A program made the position numbers and the translations under genes. The notes below the pieces were generated by a model. The model did not search any database. It saw nothing but the letters and a program-made list of their open reading frames with translations, and was not told the origin of the DNA. A stretch of DNA of 54,890 nucleotides, the filler included, from Sphacelaria rigidula (lineage: Eukaryota): the NCBI GenBank assembly GCA_964200075.2. It is 4 parts of 4 records of this genome, joined end to end, with 100 filler letters (N's around TTAATTAATTAA, not from the genome) between each part and the next. Parts side by side here need not be neighbours in the genome. Positions count along the whole stretch, not along the records: positions 1 to 13,649 come from CAXNAA020002744.1; positions 13,750 to 27,398 come from CAXNAA020002745.1; 2 more parts are not named here. One strand, given 5' to 3'. Each line of letters starts with the position of its first letter. Within the stretch, counting starts at the first letter, position 1. Of this stretch, positions 12,701 through 21,300 are shown one piece after another.

Positions 12701-13519
12701 TAAGTTTTGGTGCCACGCATTAGATCTTTGATCATTGGAGGGTGAAGAGTACGAACATGTGTCCGTGTTGTTGACACCTTCCTTTAAACGATCTCTCGTC
12801 TAGTGCAGATCCCCAGATGACTCCCCATTGGACGGTACACGAGTTGCGACTGAGAAAAACAATGTAACGGCACCGCGAAGTACGGATATGTGTTCTTCTG
12901 GTAGTGGATGAATGGTGTATAGTTCCGGAGTAGAACGCGTTCACGCAGCTCATGTGGTGTTGTTGCTTCAGAACACACTCTCTTGCGTTGTGAAAGGGTA
13001 CGACAGCTTGACTCAGGTAACGTCCGCAAGAATCCACTTTACCTGGGAACTGGGATTGGTTGTCGCACTTTGATTGACCCCCAGGGGTCCAGCTGTGGTC
13101 TCATGATAGACGTACCCAAAAAACCCAAAACTGAAACGCTCCCCTGGGAAGGAATATCTATCCGGTCCCACACGGCATATGGCTCACCTAGCACTGCTGA
13201 TGGTCTGTGTCCGAGGGTCAGTCTTCTAAGATGTATATGGATATTGAATACGCTCGAGTCTCTACCTTGCGGCATGCTGGATGGTACGTTAGGTAATCGT
13301 TGGACTAAAGCCCAAATGACGACCTCCGGCTGACCAAAACTATGGTGTAAAATGTTCTTCAAGCTGGCTTTGTTCACCTGCATTTATTCGCTGAAACTCC
13401 CGCCCCAGGTGGGCAAAGTGATCGACCCGGACGGCGACAATCTGGCAGATGTGGGGGAGACTATTGAATATGAACTGGTGGTCACCAACACGGGAAATGT
13501 TCGTGTCGGAGACCTTCAG
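728..13519 (+). CDS. Partial multi-exon gene (both ends off-contig) for a putative secreted/surface protein with tandem DUF7507/DUF11-like Ig-fold repeats
   Basis: 14 GT-AG exons with compatible phases: 728-838, 1581-1692, 2940-3064, 4021-4167, 4897-4985, 5397-5499, 5880-5965, 6751-6922, 7716-7892, 10480-10774, 11037-11137, 11551-11614, 12429-12502, 13409-13519 (1767 nt, 589 codons, no stop). Recurring motifs: GLADVGEYTTYEITITNTG, DGLAQLGETITFNITIVNTG, DGDGRSSNGDVVTFALTVTNTG, DGDNLADVGETIEYELVVTNTG; and CNATYPLTQNDLDNG, CTSLNVITQSDIDSG, CTGSYTLSQDDVDAG. Confidence 0.88.
8425..8605. mobile_element. Small terminal-inverted-repeat element (MITE-like) containing a 10-N gap
   Basis: Left end CATACTGCGTCGGAATCATCCTACGATCGGGGGG is an imperfect inverted copy of right end CCCCCCCTATCGTAGGATGACTCGTCGGCTACAGTATTG. 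Confidence 0.5.
8690..9010 (-). mobile_element. Degenerate 3' end of a LINE ORF2 (family A)
   Basis: Minus-strand translation GEYELYKEGRDVSE..FGTLDSRDKTIAMLGDRWWPQMAKQEEDKI..RNSAPFRKGCVVNGQTTEASN resembles the C-terminus of brown-algal LINE ORF2 as I recall it. It lies in intron 9 of the repeat gene. Confidence 0.7.
9095..9440 (-). mobile_element. Two further LINE-like 3' tips (family A-like at ~9095-9150; family B at ~9305-9440) separated by poly-G tracts and an N gap
   Basis: KMVNGQTTKVSKK matches the family A end. YGCEVDGLMTMACKVMR matches family B copies at 1-67, ~31700 and ~34200. Confidence 0.65.
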
Positions 13520-13649
13520 GTAGTACGTTTTGGGTAGCCGATTACCGATTGATGTGCAAACCCCCCCCAAAAACAAATTAAGCCAGGAAATATGGCAACT
13601 CATTGTTGGCTGTTATCCAAATGCAAGATAATCAGTAGGCTTCGGGCCG

Positions 13650-13749
13650 NNNNNNNNNNNNNNNNNNNNNNNNNNNNNNNNNNNNNNNNNNNNTTAATTA
13701 ATTAANNNNNNNNNNNNNNNNNNNNNNNNNNNNNNNNNNNNNNNNNNNN
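13650..13749. other. Artificial contig-joining linker
   Basis: 44 N + TTAATTAATTAA (stops in all six frames) + 44 N = 100 bp. Confidence 0.98.
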
Positions 13750-13899
13750 AGGTACACGCGGCCCAAACACGTGGAATGGCGCAAAAGTTACGTGGATACC
13801 CCTTGGACCAGCGGTCAACTTTTCTCTCCCTTTTGGGCAGTGGGGCCGAAGAAATCGTGGATTTGGTGATTCGTAGTCGTGGTGATTCGTCCTAACCGT

Positions 13900-14297
13900 T
13901 CAAGTAACTCGCCTCGCCAACCAAGCACCAACTGTAGGATCAAGTAACTTGGTCCATCTACGCTCGGTTCAAGCAACTTGCCTCATCCAGTCTAAGATCA
14001 ATCGACTAGCTTCCCCCGTACTCGGTTCTTGTAACTTGCCTCCCGTAATCTTTAATCAATTAACCTGCCTCAGCTATTCTGCTGTCAAGTGAATTAGTTC
14101 ACGTATGCTCTGTTGAGGCATTTTGCCTCAACTAGTCAAAGATCAAGTGATTTGGTAGACCCATACTCTGTTCAAGTAAGTTGCCTTCCCTATGGCTGAG
14201 TCAAGTAACCCGCCCTGGCTGGTCTAATATCAAGTGGCTTGGTTCGCCTATACTCCGTTCAAGTGATTGATTCCCGCACTCTTAGATCACGTGACTC
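13900..14297. repeat. Degenerate 29-bp minisatellite (~13 units)
   Basis: TCAAGTAACTTG-like heads at 13940, 13969, 13998, 14027, 14056, 14085, 14114, 14143, 14172, 14201, 14230, 14259. Confidence 0.8.
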
Positions 14298-15393
14298 ATT
14301 TTTTATATACATTAGTGTAGAAACATATTTATGTATAATTTGGTATGTCCCCTGGAGGCTGAAAATAAAAAAGAGAGGGTGTGGGTCAGGAGGGATATTT
14401 TCGGACACCCCTGTCACAACAGCTGTTTTTTGAAAACACAAAAAGCCCTCACACATGATCATGCGGGTGTCGAATATCCGCATACCGTAGAAAGTGGTGC
14501 TGGAGAACCCCCTACAGGTTTTGAGGCACAAGTCAAGTGAGAGTATGTGTGTCTTCGCCGAGCTTTTTCCGTGGGGTATCATGCTGTCATGCTGTGCAAG
14601 TGTGGTGCCGTCTGGCAGCCACCACTCACTGCTGTGATATTTGCGAACAACGTACATCCTCTCTATCCATGTACGCTTTTCCTGCAGTGCTGGCACACCT
14701 CAAGCGTGGTATTTGATCTTATAAGCCTTCCACATCGTCTCAAGTGTACTTTTTTTCCCCACTGTACTGTACCGTACACGAAAACTTGCTTCCTCAGCGA
14801 TTGAATACAACGATATGGGGCAATCAGCGTGTCATCGCTCTCCACTGAACACAGTCTATCTACTTCAAGCTGTTGCTATTTCTGCTCCGAGTTGTTGCGC
14901 AACAAGGTCACAGTGTGCAGCTGTCTTCATAGCCCAAGAGGGGGAAGACAAGGCGCAATGACTGCAAACAGGGCAAAAAACGATGTCTTGGCCTGTGTTT
15001 TCCCATGGCTGAGTGGTCGTTACTCAAATGGTCAAATACGGCTGAACTGCAAGTTAGTTGTTCTGTAGTTGATCTCAGGGAACACAAGGTGACAAAATTA
15101 ACCAATCACAGCAGTCAAAATAGCCACCTCCTTGTCTTCGGGGTTGGTGCTTGCCTTGAGTTGTTGCTTTAGAGACTCTCATGCGGACATGGTTAGATTC
15201 TAAAGCTTCCCTGGTGATGTGTGATCAGGCATCCCCCACACCCCTGGAAACCCCCTTCCCCTTCCCCCTGGAAACCCGTAGATGCACCTCGATGGTCAGC
15301 CCCCGAAACTGTCCCAAGGCGAGGCTCGCACTCAAAGGGTTAACCTTCACGTGCTGTGTATCCGGTCCCCTGTTGTTGCCTTTGAAACTATAG

Positions 15394-18300
15394 TGCCACT
15401 AGCTCGGACAGCGATAACCCTGCGGAGTCGGGCACGATCTTCATGGAGACTTTCGACCGAGAAATTGCAGGTGTGTGTGGTGTGGCGGTCTGCAGCCTGC
15501 AGCACGGTACAGCCCTCAAATCCTTGCCGTCGTGCGCGCCGTGTTATGCACGGACGCTGGCATGGGCAGGCTGAGTGATGAGTCTCCGAATCAAATTCAC
15601 CGTACCCTCTGTTCATACTTTCGTATCTTCAGTACCGCTGTACCCATAGAACTTCGAGCATGCATCTATCATCCGTGCTCAGCCCTGCGGGAGCTGGGAA
15701 TTACAGTCTACCCCGGATCTATGATGGCAAACATGAACGTCTCAAAAGCACTTGCTGTGACGCTCTATTGTACTTCGGTGTTGTCCGAGGCTGCTTCTTG
15801 TGCTACGCGTACAAGCAGTTCCAAAATACGTTTCTCGTCGTTTTTGGACATTTCTAAAAAACACCGTCAAATACCGTGGGACGTTTCCTCGGAAACTTGC
15901 GAAATGATGAAAATTCTCAACGAATCCTATTTCTCCGAAAACAATCGAGGAAGGGGTCCCATCTTTCAAACTATATCGGAATTTTTGGAGAAAACGATAC
16001 GACCACACATGCCTCCATATATGCACGTGGCGACTGAGGAATACGAGGGTAGTTAACCGGCGTTGGGCTACAAACGTCCATGATTGGCACATTTTACAAG
16101 TATCGCTAACCCTAACCCCAACCCGACGTATACCGAGATTCTTCCGGCAAAAGCGGTACATCGCATTCCGCAGGCAAAGTGCGGCCTTGGTAGACCCCAA
16201 ATCGGCGCCTGTGGCGCCGATTTCAACGCAAACGCGTTCTGCGCACGCGAGGAGCACACGGGACTGTCAACCCCACCAAAGATCCGATTCTCGTTGTACA
16301 CACTCAAAGTGAGTAATGTGTCAACCATGAACATTTGTAGCCCAAGGCCGGTTAACTCTACTGAGGAATGCAGAGGCTTGAGGCTGTCTGGATAGGTGAG
16401 ACGAGGAGCTCATGGAAGTTCGGTCGGCCAGAATCCCGACGTGTCGGCGGTAATGAGTCTGACGACCGCCGATGGCAGTATCACGTTATTGATGGCGAGG
16501 AATGATGGGGAGCTGATTGTGCTGGTTTTTTCGACGGCGAATTTCCGGTTACTTCGGCGCTCCCTCTTTGTCCTTGCGATGCAGTGCCTGACGCCTGCTG
16601 CTCTGCCACATTTCCTCTGCACGACACGATGTATATACTCTTCTGTCCTTTTCACTGTTATGCAACTCTGTAGTTCATCACCAAGCTACAACGCCGCCTC
16701 CGAAAATTCACGCCTCTCTGTATATGCGCGATTGCAGCGAAATACAGCAGTCAGCCAATCTTGGATTGTTAGGGTGTACATGTTGTGTTCATCGAGCGAT
16801 TTTGTGAGTCATGCGTTTTTTAGCGCATTGATCCTCGACTGTCGTGAATGTGACTCGAGGTTTTAATGGGCAAGTTGTACCCCTCACGTGCATGCCATCA
16901 TTCACGCCTATGTTAGTGGCTATACAGTCTATCGTATCGTGAATCCATGAAAACTATGGCGGGGATCGTTCGTGCAGAGATGGACGAAATCGTTGGTACA
17001 AGCAAGGAAAGTTGACATGAAGTGATAACTGATGGGCATACCCGAGGAAGGGATCCAGCCATGGTGAAAGCATGGACAGACCCGAGGCGAGCAAATGGGA
17101 ACCCTCGGAAATACTCCAACGGTTGGACAGATGAATGGTTCGTCTGGAAATTACTAGATTCTAGTGTCATTGATCCGTACCGTATAAAGAAACCCTTCGG
17201 TTTTGTTTTCAGCGTTGCAACCCCAGGTACGCGCAGCCCACGCACGTGGAATGGCGCAAAAACTGGGTGCGAGACCTTTTCGACCAGCGGTCAACTTTTT
17301 TTTCTCTCTTGCGAGCAAGAACGCCTGAAAAATCGTGGATTTGGCAATTCGAACCGGCGATGATTCGTCCGAACCGTGGAATACTCGCTAGAGGAAACTC
17401 GAGAAAAAGAAAAGACGAGGAAATAAAGGAAGAAGGAGAGATGGAGCAAAGTAAGTTGAACAAAAACGGAAGATGAATACAATAGAACAGAAAACACATG
17501 GACAGGAAAGGGGGGAAGGAGGAACATGGACACGAAGAAGTGAAAATCATTACAAAAATAGGAAGGAAAAACCACGGAACAAGATATGGCCATTGCCTGC
17601 AGCATGTTCAGAATGATCGGAGAAAACGGCCGTCTCATGTCAAGTGCACTGTCCTGTTGATCCACCTCACATCGGCGATTGGGAAGATAGCACTGGGCAC
17701 CCGAAGCCAGAACTACTGTGGCACAGCACCACTCATGGATTATGGCTCATATCACTCGACAATGCGTGTAACACTACTGCTTGAAGGAACACCCTAGCTG
17801 CTTACACTTATTCGTATCTTATCTGCACCGACGCACCGATGCGGATGCACAGAATATTCTGAGATATTTACTCATTGGCGACTTATCAGATCATTGCGTG
17901 CGCGCACGGATCTGGGAATCTTGAAGAAGCGGTGGTATAAATTCACGATTCGTCCACGTTCAAACATTGCACAAATCAACCATGCAGTTCATTTCGGGCA
18001 AGTGTGGTTTGTGCATGTTTTGGACTTGTGATTCATGCGGCACTACATGGAACGGAACAATCTTGCTCGTCATTCATGTGGTACAACCTCGAAGGTACAT
18101 GTTTCCTATTTGTGATTCATACGGCATGAATCACGCGTACACATTTTCCACTTGTAATTCATACAGCATGAATCATACATGTACGTTTTCCACCGTTCAT
18201 TCACAAGACATGAATCACGCGCGCACATTCCCCACCTCTCAGGTGTACGGCATGAATCAAAGGCAGATTATTCCGACCACCTTTTCTATGCCGGGACCCT

Positions 18301-21300
18301 TTACTTTGGCACGCATTACGCAACCGCTGCACATGAGGCTCGAATCTTACGTTCATTTTCCGCATCCAAAAAATTGTGCGGCATGACTATCGCGCACTGT
18401 GATAAACCTCACTTGTGGCTGACGTCGCACACATGTTGAACACTATTTTTTAGAGTAAATGATGCCGATTCAACGGTTCACGCACCCTAGCAATGAAAGG
18501 GGGAACTCTTCCGCCGCTAGTGTGGGTCATCCGTTGAATAATCATTTTGACTTGAAAGATGAAAACGAAACCCAGGTCGTCAACTCTGAAGGTCAAAGGG
18601 TCAACGCGCGAGAGTTGTAGAACGCCAGTCACCCGTAGAGTAAGTTGTTGGTTATTCACATGAATGAAAGCGTACTGTTCTTGCGATAACGGTAATATGT
18701 TATCGCTTCCCTTCCCAGCAGTGATTTATTTGGAATGCATCGAAAGTACGTATTTCTCGCCCGCCATTCGCGCGGCACGAATCAAGCGCACATGTTTGCC
18801 AGCTGTCCTTGATGAAGCATGTACCATGTACATATTTCCCACTTGCGATTCGTGCGGGATAAATCGCGTTGATACTTTCCCCAGCAACGAGTCGTACAAG
18901 GTTCGTACATGATTTGTACTCTTTCTTCATGTGGCACTGTTTCGAGCGTATCCAATGCCGTTTGCCGATCGTGCGATGCCACCTCCATCGTACGTTTTTA
19001 TCATCTGCCGTTGACACATGATGACCCTTTGGCACACGAATCGCACTCGACAGTGGTAACGAGTCACCTCTTACGAATCTAAATCCGTCCGGTGTGGGGG
19101 CTATTCACAGTATCCCTCGTCCATGATGTCAAGTCGAAATTCGTCGGCGTTGAGACCTTCATATCCGGAAGGGGTTATCTATACCGTCGGCCACCTCAAC
19201 GCTTCAGTTGTGACTCTTCCCGTAGCTTCTATATGTACTGTAGTACTGCTGCTGGACACGCCGTGATCAACTGCAACTTTACCTACGAGGTGCAGATATA
19301 TCGAGGGTGCTGGCCGAGCTCGTGGCGGGACACAAACAAACAGCGGCGGGAACGGGACTGGTAGGTGCTAGGCATGCGCACTCGAGCTCAGCTGGTACCA
19401 ACGTCGATGACGTGGGTGCAGCATTGGACGATCTTATCGATAGGGTGAAGGGGCTTAGACAACGCACCGCAGAAGCGACGCTATTCTTGTCGGCCTACGA
19501 CACCAGGCGAGCCCTCGAGGTAGGTGCCTTACCGCTCACGGTAGAGCAAGCCGTGCGTTGTGCCAAACTGGGGTGGTGGTGTGTACAGCATGTCGTGTGT
19601 CGTTCCCTGTTGACAGCTCCGCATCGTTCTTCTGTGAAGCTACGTACAGTACGAAGGGGCTGATGCAGAAACGCCACTTGCACGCCCGCACGTGACAGTC
19701 ACAGATCCCCCACACCCTTACATGTGGTTCGAATGTCACTTTTGTGGCATTCGTTCTTGTGAAAACCCCACGTTGAGGCCTCTAGGACGAGAAATGTTTT
19801 CTTGTTTTCCTGTTTGCACGACACAGCTGTGCAGGTTCGTTCATTTTCTCACAACAGCCTGTGAAGAACGACGTAGTGGCGTCAATATCGGATTGCGGAT
19901 GATGTGACCGGCGCGTATTTCAATGTCGATTATGTTGACGGAAACCCTGCAGGAGGCTGGAAAACTCTTGTACAGTGTCGAAACAACGCGCGCAGAGATT
20001 GCGCCGAGGAAACGATTCTCGTTCCGCAGTAGGAAGAGCGGCAAGGGAGGCGCCGACGCGGGGAGGGGCGGCCTGTCGAAAATGAAGGCCGCGGCAGAGT
20101 CAACACCACCGACGGTGACAGGTGAGATGTAACCAGTGGAAGATGTAGCAGAGGCTATAGTATAGCCCGAACAACAGTACTACGAGACGCCATAGGACAG
20201 CTATGTTGAACATGATCGAAGTCGGTGGTGTCCTGTCGCAGTGAACACCTTTGTGCTGCTGTGACAGTACAGCGCAGTCACGTGGAGTTACGTGGGGCAA
20301 CCCGAAGTTAAGGAATTATTTTCTCAGCGGGTGCAGCAGTCTCGTATCACTTGGCATGTCAAGGCACTGACAAGGTGCGAGCGGAGATTCATATCGTTTA
20401 TCAGTCAGAGCTTTGGAGCAAGTGCGTTGGATGTTTTTTCTCCACGACTTCACGGGGGGGTGGAGCGTCGTGAAGAGGGAGGATTATCATCATTTTGCGT
20501 GTATTTCGTGATTGACTCAGCACTACATGTCGTCCTCAACGCGATTGCAGAGATTGCGCCCTTGAAGGGGTCGCCATTACGAGGGAATCATATTTCTAAC
20601 GCCTCGACGAACACATATTGCTGCACCTGCCGAACAAGGCATTCCGAGGATGTGGCATATTGTGTTATAGCTGCGGCTTTGGTAGTCGACCTGATGACAC
20701 CGTGGCCTGATGTACCGACACTCATCGCGCGCACTAGAGAGCACGAGTACTTGATATACTTGCTTCGTGCACCTTGCATCGTGATTATTTTCATCTCCAG
20801 AGCTCGAGAGTGACGGAGACCGGTTGGGGTTGTGCGGGTTGAAAGAGCAAAGTATGGACGTGAGCGCAGAGGACGCTGACAAAGACAAAGACTTCAATGT
20901 CTCAGACCTGACCTCATGTACCGTCAAGATGTGAGTCTCCAGTGTGGTTCACCGTGTGTCCGACAGCAGATCACAACGTGGATGGTGCCTATGCTTCGTC
21001 ATCGATTGATTCTATGGCCTTCAGATGGTTGTGCATCCCGAAGTGCCCCGAGGAGGCGCCTCGGTAGGCGGATACACCTCTCTTCGGCGAGATCCATCTG
21101 CGTATTTTCTCTCCACGGGCAACTGTATCGCAGCTTCGACGTAAAGCCCATGTCCACACACTATCCATCCCACACGCAATCTCCCCACCCTGTGTTCTAT
21201 AGGGTACGAGTTTTTGTTTACCCGGGATCTTTACCCGGGTATAACCTGTAACCGACAGTTATGTAAGATCTCGAACCCTTTTGGTACTGACGATGGAGGA

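Noticed and set aside
728-13519. Bacterial contaminant contig as the source of the adhesin-like repeats
   Set aside because: The coding sequence is split by 13 GT-AG introns containing repeat families shared with the other contigs.
13694-13705. TTAATTAATTAA as a biological motif (also 27443-27454, 41189-41200)
   Set aside because: Centred in fixed-length N runs; it is an artificial six-frame stop linker.
13900-14297. CRISPR-like 29-bp periodicity
   Set aside because: No unique spacers; it is a simple diverged tandem repeat.
18027-18280. CRISPR-like array of palindromic repeats
   Set aside because: Inter-core segments are short and similar to each other, units are degenerate, no cas genes, eukaryotic intron context.
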